A DNA stretch of 61,628 nt, filler included, from Choristocarpus tenellus KU-1152 (lineage: Eukaryota > Protista > Phaeophyceae): the NCBI GenBank assembly GCA_964200185.2. It is 8 parts of 8 records of this genome, joined end to end, with 100 filler letters (N's around TTAATTAATTAA, not from the genome) between each part and the next. Parts side by side here need not be neighbours in the genome. Positions count along the whole stretch, not along the records: positions 1 to 28,772 come from CAXNAD020000118.1; 7 more parts are not named here. The stretch is one strand, 5' to 3'. A program made the translations under genes and the position numbers. The notes under the pieces are model-generated. The model did not search any database. It worked only from the letters and a program-made list of their open reading frames with translations, and had not been told where the DNA came from. Shown here piece after piece: positions 1 through 11,406 of this stretch. The stretch's first letter is position 1; each line of letters opens with the position of its first letter.

Positions 1-337
1 AAATCACACCAAAAAATTGAAAATCGAAAAAAGGGTGAAAAGCGGACGCCGGCACCCACCCCCCAGATACTTTGACCCCGTTCTTCTCTGATGGGTTTGC
101 GGCGCCCACCATGTTTCTGCAGTCTCCTCAACCTTGTCCTTTGTCCTTTCTGTTACTTCCTATTTTTAGCCATACTACTTAAACAGTATCAATATTGTGC
201 CTTCCTTCATTCCTGCCAACACACACACACACAACTAGAAAGTAACACACCTCTGGAGAATTGCTTTGCAACAACTGCTTACTTGCCTACAAAGGAGACA
301 TATCATTCAACCTATTGTGATGTCCTTTCTACTGCAG

Positions 338-3300
338 TTATAACCTTCCTGTGGAGGTTTGGAGGTGCCATGTGCAAGTAAGTCTTTATGCCTTCCCCAT
401 GAGGTGCTTACGCAATTTTGCTTGTAACCTTGGTGTTTAGAAAAAATCTCGGATGTCAAGAGATGGGGGATTCTATTCATATGCTTGGTACTTTTAAGAG
501 ACTCACGAGTCAGTTGTCCTTGCACTCAGTGTTTTTCTGTCCTCTACAGATCAGAAGGATCTATCAAGTGTTTTCTCGCATATACTTCTCTATACGCTTG
601 GGACTGTATCCCCAGCTACATGGCATGACCTCCTATGACTCTCCTGCCACGATACAATCACGAATAATTTTGCTTTGACATTTGAGTGACTCGATCAGCC
701 CTGCTAGTACGATGGAAATAATACGAAAGGAAACCAGTAAAATTATTCTGCTACTTTTAGTATAGTCCCACAGTATGTGTTTATTATGTACACAACATGC
801 AGCGGGCATGTTAAGACCTATCTATACCTACTGAAATGGATTCATGGCCAGCCAGGTCTGAAAAATCCTTTATTATATGTCCGAGGGGTGTACCTAACGA
901 ACTCCTCTGGATTCCACACGGAGTAGTGAGTAGAGTCTTAACATGGCCATCTATTTATCTGTAAAAGTGTAGTAGGACGTGGCTCAGATAAACACAGTAG
1001 TTCCTTGGCCCTGTTCCTCAATGGAGAAATTCTGTGGGAGCCTTTGTTTGAGACTATAAAATTGTGGAATGCTCTTCCAGTATCACCCTGCCGAATCCCA
1101 TCGAACTATTAAATTTCCCCAAACCCTCCCTTTTCTTGACCGTTGCGAATCAAGACTATTCTTTCGATTACTGATTGAAGAATCATCCAAAAGATTGCAA
1201 CTTTATTGAAGAGTGGTATAGTAGTATTTTTTGCGCATGTGAGTGCTATGTGATTCACTTTAAATTCTCCATAGCGCTTGGCGCTTCCTCAAGACTACCT
1301 CGCAACCCTTCTTTTGTACTCATCAATTAATCAAATCATGCAAAAAAGTCGATACTCAGGAGTATTAAGAAACCGTTACCCATGAATTATTGCGATTCAC
1401 AAGAAGACCAAAACTATTCATTTCGAAAACTGTGACAGAACGACTGAAAGTTGTAATTATTTGCCAACCTTTGATGGATATATTCCAAGATCTTAACGTT
1501 TCCCCCCCAAATATAACTTGGCTACAATTAAAGCCTTTGTTCCACGTGTAGTTGCGCTGGGGACCGTTTGAGCCTAAGGATAGTTGTAATTGTTGGTAGC
1601 TGAGTGGGTGCCAACTGTAGGAGGTGCACAAGAACGAGGTCAAGTCAGGTACACTACAAGTATCGTGACCTAGCGGAGGTGATGTTGCATTCAGAAGGAG
1701 TGACTTTGTCACCCACATACCACACATTGTTGAAAATTCGGATTTTTTTCATCTCCATAAGATTTTTTTTTGCCTTTTTATCATAGCCTTTTTGCGTGAT
1801 TTCCGTTCGAAACAGTAGAAGCGTCTATTCGTTTCCAGACCTACGTGGTCTACCGTGTGGTGTGATTGTGCGGCCTCAACGGTTACTCTTCCCCATTGAC
1901 GGCGAACTGTAGGGTATTGCACACACATTCTATGTGTGCTTCTCATACAACTGGGTCGCGATCACACCAAAAACGAGCAGAATCCTACTTTGCCTAGTAT
2001 GTATATGGTGATGATGCTTTAAAGCAGGCGACCAAGACCTGGTAGCAAAATGTACTATTCCTTGATATCGGCCAGCAGGTGCTATGGAGAAATGGACCAC
2101 ATTCTCGTCTTCCTACGCATCATGTTCAGGAAGCTTGGACCAGAGGAATGTTTCATGTACGGTTTTCCCTTTTTCGTGTCAACCGTTTATCACATGGGTT
2201 AACGTTTGCAAACATCATCCGCTAATGATGATGTCCGGCACCAACAGGATACCCTACGGAGACCAGATATTATCGCTCTGATGCACGATACCTGCATATT
2301 AGATGAACGAGTTTGGTGAACCCTTGAGCGCCTAAAAAAAGCATGTGAAGTCACTATCAACACCATCCACAGTCAGAGTTAATCCTCACCAAAGAGGTTG
2401 AAAATACTAATGCATATACAAGATCTAAGACCCCTCATTCTGGCGAAGGGACTTGAGCATGTTCGAAGCCGTCCACCTTTCCGACTTATCCCTCCTAATG
2501 TTTTTGATCGGTGGGGGATCAGGAAGGGGGCCTCCTTAGAACAACAGATTGTGTGGTTCGATCAGTCACTCATAACCAGGGAGTATTCATTTTTCGACAA
2601 ATTGTACACTTACTGAGATTTTCACCACACTCTTTATTATCTCCCATTCTCACCATTCACAGAGATTCTACTCCTCCTTCCTTCCATCGGGTTCGATTTT
2701 TAATATGAGCCATCCCATATCATAGGGGCAGTCGCTTGTTTTTTGGGGCACTGTGACTGTCTTTCAGTATATATCTTGTAGTAGACTGAAGGGCGATTTC
2801 GTGCTCATGTAGACGAACTTTGTCTTCTCTTTTACAGCCACAGCCTCCTAAGAGAGCTTAAATTCATTTCAGGCTTGGGAATGGGGGGCGAGGCAGGTTT
2901 GACAAGTCCAAAATACTGAAAGTGGTACTAGAAAGAACCCCTTCTAAGATAGGATGGGTCATGCCTTTTGTCCGTGTCGGCCCACGAGGCCAGTCACTGG
3001 AGTCATTGAGATGATTTTGTAGTAGGGAATTCTTGGACTTCATTCAACTAGTCGATTATGACTTCCTGGTGCCAGACGTTGTTGGTTTTGGCATTTCCCA
3101 AACTAATCGCAAACCCAGAAGATCTATCCCGTAACGTTTCAATTCTTCTCGTCAGTAATTGGAGAAGTTTAAGCACCTATTTTGGATGCTCATTTGAGGC
3201 CTTCCAACTGAACTCTCCGTAGGTGGTGCTGACTTCACAAACGTATTCATTAGTTAGGACTTCCTTCAACTTTCCCCTCCTTTATGAAGGTGCTTGAAGT

Positions 3301-6300
3301 TCTTCCTTTCCTACTGTTCTATTTCAATATATTCAGAGGCGTTTGGGGAATTGGACAGGGAGGAGGACATTGTTGAGAGGGAAAGGAATAGGGTTGCAGT
3401 CAACATGAAGAAGGTCAGCACGGGGGAGAGGGTAAACTTCTCCGATTTGCGTCGAAGCGTCGGGCGAATACAGCACGGGGATGCAGACAGCGACCTGGCC
3501 AGCGAGCAAATGCTCGTTTCTGAGTTGATGAATACAACGCCTTCATCTTCTTATGAAGGTGATACATGGCGAGATGGGTATATCTACAACGGCCATGACG
3601 GATCGCCACCTGGGTCATTGGATGGACGGTACGACTCGGACATTGAAGCTGCCGATGAGGTGGTTAGCGCTGCGGAGGAGGTCAATCCTAAAGCCGATCT
3701 AATCGTGAAGGAGGACGTGCCAGAGGTGAGGACGTTTTTCTAGTGCACCTCGTCTTGAAAATTGAAGCGAAGAGATACCTTGAATCTCCTCAGGTCTATT
3801 AATATCGCATCAAGGTGTGTACAGACCCTTAGGTATCCCTCCCCAGTGCAACAACCTGTGGGATGGAGGCATTGCAGTCGAGATCGAATAGAGATTTATC
3901 TTGAACTATCACAGAGCGAGCACGCTATGTCGAACTCTTTCAAACCTTGTCTGATCTGTATCCGGGGGTATCCGGGAGTATACTCTGGTATTGAACACAT
4001 ACAAATACAGTGAGTAATGTAGGACCCCCTGCGCTGTGCAGATCAAGGCGGAATCCGGACAGGAGTCGTTGCTTTCCATGGGTCTTGCTGCGGTCAAGAT
4101 CAGTGAAGAAGAAGTGGTTCAGGGGGGGGGGGGGTAGAAGGCTTAACTGAAGACCCACACAGTCACCATGGGGCAGATGGAAGCTCCGGCGGGTGCACGG
4201 TGAGATTTTGCCTTGAATACTATTGTTTATTAGACTGCAGTCTACACTGCCTTGTACTTAAGTCGTGGGAGGTGATCACACAGGTCTATGAGTTTCCAAC
4301 TTGTGCGTGTGCCCTCGTGCCGTTCTCTTCCACGTGCTATTGTTCTTCAGTCACTTCAGCTGACTACATCATTAATATCGGAGTGCAAGGCCTTGGCACT
4401 TGGGAGTCATTTGACACAGGTGGGTTGTGCCTGACGTTGTAGATGAATGCTTCTATTGCAACCTTCCTATGCATCATTACATATGCCGTTATCCAGGATA
4501 TTACACTCCCCCCTGTCACATCCCGCCATCTATTTATGAGACTCGATTCTGCTACTGGGTAACCTTGTTGTTCCGTGTTGATTTGTTGATGCTGTTGCTG
4601 TGCTTGTGTCATAGGCACCAGATGCCTATCAACTTCGAATAGCAGATGATGAGTGGGACCCAGACTTGGACTTTCCGGAGCTGGATTCATCTGCAACTAT
4701 AACGGATGTGGGAGTGGATCAATTTGTGCTCTGCCCAAAGGTGCCTAGATGTCCCCTCTGGATATTACACATTGCACTGATTCTGGATTGGTTTCTCTGA
4801 AGAAGAGTGAGAACTGGATAATCATTGATGATGCAGCACTAACATGCATGATTAACTATTCCTCTTTTTTTTTTCTTATTTACTTAATTTTTTACTATGA
4901 AATCACTCCTTGAGATGTTCCTTTTTTCATTTCCTGAGGTTTTACTTTTTATTGCTTCATTGGGGAATTGGGCTACATTTCTTATGTTGCTACACTGTGG
5001 AATGCCATTGGGGACATGGATTGGAGATTGATTGTCATCAGGCTAAAGCCATTTCAAAACTGATAAGGAACCTTCGATAGTAAGGGCCAAGTACCTTTGT
5101 CTTTTAAGTATCTTTGGTGGCAGCCTCCTTGTTATGCTGTGTATGAGCCTATTAATCTTGCGCTAACAATATGCTGCATGTAACCAGGTTGTATATATAT
5201 ATATATATATTTTATACCTATCTTCTCTTTACTTTTTTTTCTGTTACATCCCGTATGACAAAAGTCCAACAATACTGTTCAAGATGCCTAGACAGAGGTA
5301 ACTGTATTTTTCTGGATCAAGATAGTTCAACTGTCTAATGTGCTCATCAAAAGCACTCAAGTTAAGTGTTTGAAATATCATCAAATGGTGTGGAACAAAG
5401 TTTGATAGTTGGAGTATTTGCAAGATGAGGGGTGAGGAAAGGTACTTTTTCGAGCTGATACTCTTCACCTAATTTTTGTGTTTTCCAAGTCTAGTGATCA
5501 GTGGTGAGAGACATTTTATGGTTTAGTGAAGTAGGAGCTAGTTAATGGACAAAGAAGTGGTTTTGAAATTCCCTGTAATCACTTCCAATGAAATGTGACA
5601 CGAACAAACAGCAAGTATTTTGAAGGCAAAAGTGAGATACATATCCTCCCTGTATTGATAGGAGTCAGCTGACCTACTGGAGTTGTTTGTTCTCTAACCT
5701 TCACTGGAGTCAGCAGCATGCAATGGTTCTATTAAGGTTGCAATGAATGCCCTGTTGCAAACCACTCAGTTGTTAAATTGGGTGCGTTGACCACTCCTCT
5801 CTTGTTGTCCGGATCTTTAGTGTGATCTGATGCCCACTGTACAAGAATCAAGTATAAATTTGTTTTGGAAGTGTGTGGTAGACTACTCTGGGCTATCTTG
5901 ACAATATTCAGTGCTTTAGAGCCTTAGGAGAAACTGAAGGGTTATGCAATGGTAAGCATGGGCGACCTCTACAACTTGTTGGAATGTCGACAGATTACTT
6001 GAATAGAACATTTTCTGCACAAAGTTGTCCCCAAAATGTCTTTGGAGGTGTAGTTAATATGTGCTAGGCAATTGTGGGGGTTTCACCTTATTGGAATCAC
6101 GATAGGATTTTGTGCTTGGAGTATGCACAACTGTAAACCGCAAATTGAGCATACTGCCTTTCTAATTAGCTCTCATACGCTTTTTGCTAATTGTATGGTT
6201 AGGGCATTTACACCCTCTGAACTCCTAAATTTGTCCACCTTATTTTCACCTTCATTTTCATGAGCCTGCATTACGAGGATTTTTTATGAGGTGAGAAAAG

Positions 6301-7824
6301 CCTTGCAATTTGCGTCTCCTCTTCTCCCTGTGGAAAATGATTTCAGTGTGGAAGGGTGCGTAGGTCTTTTTGAGGTGTTTCCCACTTTGGGGGACTACTT
6401 CGTACTTCACCATAGTTGCTCATGTTCATCTTCATCATATAACATGAAGTCAGATATACAGTGCAGCAATGGATGTGCACTGAAGCGCAAGGGTTGCTTA
6501 TCAATATCGTGTCATGGTCACCATGCAAGTGGCACGTACGAGCATAAATTGGTAGTGAATAACTGCAATGTGGTGTGATCAGCTTGTAAGATACTATGTC
6601 TTGCACCATTTCTGGATAGTGCTACCATACTGTATTGCAGTGAGTATCTCAACATTGGCCATGGTTGCAGTCTTCTCGGACTCTGGTCAACCCTTTTATA
6701 TTTACTCCTATGTTTGCCTTAGTATTAGGTATTGACTGATGGCCAAATTGATGTACAAAAGTGGTTACCTACTCACTACTACTTGGTACATAATCATTCA
6801 CCACTCTGTTCAGTGACATTTCATCAGCCTCCAACTATATTTGTATACATCAATTTCGTTGATCTCTTAACTTGGCAGGGGAAGGTAGAGCCAATGCTCC
6901 ACATCCACATCACACTCCACCAGGGCCTTCATGGGCCCCTAACAGGGACTGGGGCTATGGAGGCACCAGGGGCAGGGGCCAGCATGACGCTTGAGGTGGA
7001 CTTCAAGATTCCTGGGGGAGAAGACACCCATCACCTAAGCATACCATTAGGTGAGACTATCTTATGACTTGCTTGTATTGTGCCAGGTGAATGTTTTAGA
7101 GTTTCCAGAGATTCGGTTCAATCTTGAACTTGACTTTGCACTAGATTAGTGTGTCGCTGATTGATGACTATGGTTACCATTTCATCTTTGCCTGGAAGTA
7201 TCATGAATGAAGCAAAAGAGTTTCTGGTCAATGCCTTCCAAATCTGACACACGTAAGTAAGAATGCACAATAAAGTTCTTTTTCAATTGTATTTTTCTCT
7301 TGATAGGGTTGATTTGGCCTGGTTTTGTGGTTCAAATTTAACATGTAACCGTCTGATTCTTTTTCAAAGAGGTGTCAGCAGAGACTAGTTAATAGTCGAA
7401 TAAATGCATTTCATGGACCTTTCAAAACAACTTCGAACTGTGCCAAATGTTTTGTTAGTAAAAAAATATTAAAAGGCTCATCTCTTGTCCGTTCAATTTT
7501 TTTTCAAACACGAATGCACAGGGTGTGCTCCACCCTTACTTCCACCCTTTCACCTTTATAACTCTCATCTTCACTGTTGTTGCCTGTCACTATGCCTTGT
7601 GCTGCTCATATTTATCTGTCTCAGCTGTTGAAGTTGTACCAGATTCCATGCGCTTTGAAGAACTTCGACCAAGGGGTAGTGGAGCTAGTGGAGAAGATTT
7701 GGAGGCAACTCAGGATGGTGCTGTCAAACTTCGAAATATTGACACTGGAGAAGAGATTGCACTGGAAGAAATAGACAAGCGTGTGCCCCCTGCAATGGAT
7801 CCAAGTCAGCTGTTGAATTTTTGA
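338..7824 (+). CDS. Uncharacterised multi-exon protein, 5' end probably outside the contig; exon model only partly resolved
   Basis: AG/GT-bounded open exons at about 2249-2316 (DTLRRPDIIALMHDTCILDERV), 2838-2896, 3338-3725 (acidic), 4351-4418, 4647-4740, 6879-7050 and 7625-7824 (ends ...VKLRNIDTGEEIALEEIDKRVPPAMDPSQLLNF-TGA). No family recognised. A 13-G run near 4122-4134 makes one exon frame uncertain. Confidence 0.5.
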
Positions 7825-7899
7825 ATGGGAGCCAAGTCATTTAGGAGACAGTTAATACCATTTCGCTTGTGATAGTTCCATATACATCCTTTGTCTTGC

Positions 7900-10800
7900 T
7901 CAACAAGGGAAAAGCCCCTGCAGCATGGGAAGGCTGGCCAGAGTAGCCACCTCTTTTCTCTCTATCTTGAGGTAACGCTTGCGAATGACCTCAAGGTGAC
8001 TTAGAGGCATAGCACTGTGCACTTCATGTAAATCTCGAATGCAAATCTCAAGGTCACACAAGGTGTGCCCTGCTGCCTGACTCAGCCTTGGAGGCCAGTG
8101 TGGTTTCCCTAGTGTGGCTAATGCCAAGACCAAGCAGCTGCTCCCTGTGACTGATGGCTTGAATAGAACAAAATTGAAATGCTGGAGTGAAATCTCAGCC
8201 AAATACAGTGCCAGGTTTCGGATTTGTGACAGTCCTTTGAACTCTGGTACCATCTCCATCATGACATTGAGGAAATCCAAAACTGTTGGAACAGATAGTT
8301 GGAATTGCAGAGTCTTGAGAACCTCCTCTTCCATATCAAGAACATGCTTCGGCTCATACGCACGGCCAGCACAACTAGCTAGGTCCTCGATCCCAATGTA
8401 GGACACATCCTCACACTTGGAAGCCACGTGCAAGCATGTGGCACCCAGGAGCTGAAACTTATTGCGTGGGATTGAAGCCCTGCTGAGAAAACGGTCAGTG
8501 TAGCTCACAGCCAGAAAGGCAGTACGATGGCACATGTCAAATACGTCCACCACCTCCATCAGCCAGTCTACCAGCATAGAACGATGTTCAGCCCTGAATG
8601 ATTGCCTGCCCATGTAATCTGGAAGGGGACAGAGGTCCTCCTCCTGTCTTCGCAGGTAAGTGGCGAAGAGACCAAGGCTCTCTGGTATCCCTGGTGGGAC
8701 ATGGAGCGGTGCAATTGGTGCTGGAACCTGGGATTTGTGCCAAGAGGAGCGAGGGTGATTTGATTGGTAAGGAAAGAAATGAATCAACCACTTCATGTAC
8801 ACAAAGCACATGAATCGGTTCATGATGTCTTGAGGGTTTTGGCTGCTGGCTGAAAGGAAATCAGGCAAAAATGATACTTGCTGACTTGAGATGTGAGGTG
8901 TACAAAAGGTGACCAAGGGATTTTCAACAGTAATACGGACAATGAGCTCTATACCAATTCGTACTTCATCCCGAGCCAAAGCTATAAAAAATGTGAACAT
9001 AGCGGTGATTTTATCTCTCTGTTTTACCTCTATGTTTCACTGTTGGCTGACGAAAAAAAGTGGTGGTACTCTGATAGGAAACTGCAATTGAGAAAGAGAT
9101 TGTAATGATTTGGGTTGAGGCTGGAGGAAGTCATGTGGCGTAAGTCTTGGCCTTGATAGTTACTACTAAAAATACAACTCAAAAGGAAAGGCATTGTATG
9201 TTTACAGTGACAGGGCTTTCGCAACGCAGCTGTCATATCAGCGTGGAAAATTGCCACTTGAAACTAGTTGAAACTGTGAACCCACTAAACCCATGCATGT
9301 TATTCTCTCTTTCAGTGATACCTCATAAAACCTGTTCAAGTTCTACCCACATCATCTCTACCTAGTCCATATGAAATTACCACCAATGATAGTATTACTG
9401 AATGGTGAACACCGAGGATCTGGAAGGTAGACTGTAAGTGGGGAGCCTCTTCAAACCTTAGGCGATGTGGGAGAGAGATCCTGAAGATATGGATGGCGAA
9501 GCGCCTCATGAGCAGTGATGCGTTGGAGAGGATCGTACATTAGGAGACGATCAACCAAGTCCAGACCCAAGGGCTCAAGCCCAACAACAATCTTTGAGAG
9601 GTCTCGCTTAGGCCAGTTGGGGAAGGGCGCACTGTAGTTGGGGAGTTTGACAAATTCTGGCCATGTATCTGTTGTTGGTGTTGCCAGCTTATTGAACACC
9701 TGAAAAAGCTGGTCGATCTGGCTGACTCCAGAGAAGAGAGGCTTCCCCCGTAGCATCTGGACAAAGATGCAACCAACCGACCACATATCAACAGCTGGAG
9801 TGTAGTCCCTAACACCCATCAAAATCTCGGGTGGCCGATACCACAATGTCACGACTTCGCTGGTGTACGTGCGTCGAGGGTAACCTGCCAGCCGAACAAG
9901 AGCAAAATCTGAGACTTTCAGGGTTGCCCCGCTCAGTTTGTTGTCCCCTCTTCCAGGAATAATGAGCAGGTGCTTCGGTTTAAGGTTGCGATGCAACACT
10001 CCCCGGCGGTGGCAGTATGACACAGCTCGTAACAACTGGCGTAGTAAGTCCTTAGCCTGGGCAGAGAAGATATCATAATCGGGGAATTCATTATGGACAA
10101 GTCATTTCGAAGTTGTGCTATATAGGATGAAATATGTTAAGTTCGTGCAGACAAAAGTGCCAAAAAAAATGTGAACACAACTAGATTGTCAGGAACCTCA
10201 TGTTATGCCTTCGAAACATAACGCAAACAAAATTTTCATTTTGTTGTGGATATTACTACCTGCCCAGAAAGATTTAACCAGAACAGTAGTCTCACCGTAA
10301 GGTGGTCCAGTGGTTCGCCGCCATTGCGATCACTCGTGGGGTTAAGGTAGTCGTGGAGAGTGTATTGAATGTAGGGGAAGAATACCCGGAGTTTGGAGTC
10401 GTGCAAGTTGACATGGCACAAAGCCGATACATTCGGATGATCCACTCCCTGTATCGCCAGAAACAAGAACAGGGCATTACTAAAGTGGGTGTACTACAAT
10501 CGCAAGGAAGTTATACTATACAAGAGCATCCCATACAGATCAAGATTACAAAGGAGCTACAAGAGTTGTGACTCTGGCAGCTCACATACTCCATTATTAT
10601 ATGAAGAGGGGAAAGTGAGCCGCTATAAAAGCCAGGAATCACCTTTCTTTCCACCTGGAAGTTCAACGGCACGTCAGGTTGATTTGGGGACAATCCGATC
10701 TAGCACGTACTACATCCATACCTTAAGCGCAGCCAGTTCTCGAAGCATGTAGTAAGGAACTCCCTCACCCTTGGGATAAGCCCTTGCCTTCTTCATCGCG

Positions 10801-11198
10801 TAAATTCGATTCGTCCCTCGGTCCCTACACTGGAAACACACCCCTTCCGTTCCCTCCGCCTTCTTGCCTTGGTTCTCAAAACGGGCCCAGTTAAGCGCAC
10901 CAGTTTCTAGCTCCCACGACGCTTTACTCCAGAGTGCGGTGCTGTTACACGCCTTCTTCCAACATCGCGACACTGCCATGGCTGCTGTGATCGGGGCTTC
11001 ATCAACCGATGCGCTGCTAACGAAGAAGGACAACACCTGCAGTAAGATGTCGAGGTTGCTGGTGGCGTTGTGTCCACCATCACCAGTCCGTTGCCTCAAT
11101 ACACCTTTGTGTCTACTACGACTATGAATTCTTTGTGGATTTTCGTTCTCTTCCCCTAGATCACTGTTCACTGAGGCCAGTTTAGCTCTCTTGACCAT
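7900..11198 (-). CDS. F-box-like + CDK-like (pseudo)kinase + A/B-type cyclin fusion, about 685 aa, 4 exons (11198-10722, 10448-10296, 10056-9457, 8727-7900); alternative in-frame ATG at 11264
   Basis: All three introns are GT..AG and phase 0. Exon 1 has F-box-like LDILLQVLSF..AMAVSRCWKKACNSTALW, then AEGTEGVCFQ, YAMKK and EGVPYYMLRE. Exon 3 has HRNLKPKHLL, DFA, YTSEVVTLWYRPPEIL, DMWSVGCIF and RITAHEALRHPY. Exon 4 has the cyclin box HRSMLVDWLMEV..AVSYTDRFLS..FQLLGATCLHVASKCED..MEEEVLKTLQFQLSVPT and a C-terminal cyclin fold (YLAEISL..FKPS). Confidence 0.8.
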
Positions 11199-11406
11199 TG
11201 TGGACGTCTGAAAGGTGACCTTAATCCCAACAAGAGGAGATGAACAAGACAGACATTTTGGCATGTCATAATCGGGTACACCTATAAAACGGTCATTCTA
11301 ACGATACACAATTAGGGTATATTCTGGTTAAGTTTTTTAGACTATCAAAAAGGGTTGGTTTGTGTAATACACCAGTACATCGTAGTTCGCCTGTATCCCA
11401 TGATCG
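11199..11406. promoter_or_regulatory. Putative bidirectional promoter between the CDK-cyclin fusion and PECT
   Basis: Head-to-head starts about 140-210 nt apart; TATAAAA at about 11283. Inferred from position only. Confidence 0.45.

Noticed and set aside
1981-4136. In-frame TAG codons at 1995-1997 and about 4134-4136, suggesting stop-codon reassignment or readthrough
   Set aside because: The first TAG follows a pyrimidine tract and works as a splice acceptor. The second follows a 13-G homopolymer prone to error. No well-conserved gene in the window has an internal TAG.
8728-9000. N-terminal 91 aa of the 366-aa cyclin ORF as a real stand-alone cyclin N-terminus
   Set aside because: It looks like intron read-through, with no cyclin-like or D-box features, and a good in-phase acceptor lies at 8728-8730. 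Considered less likely than the fusion, but not excluded.
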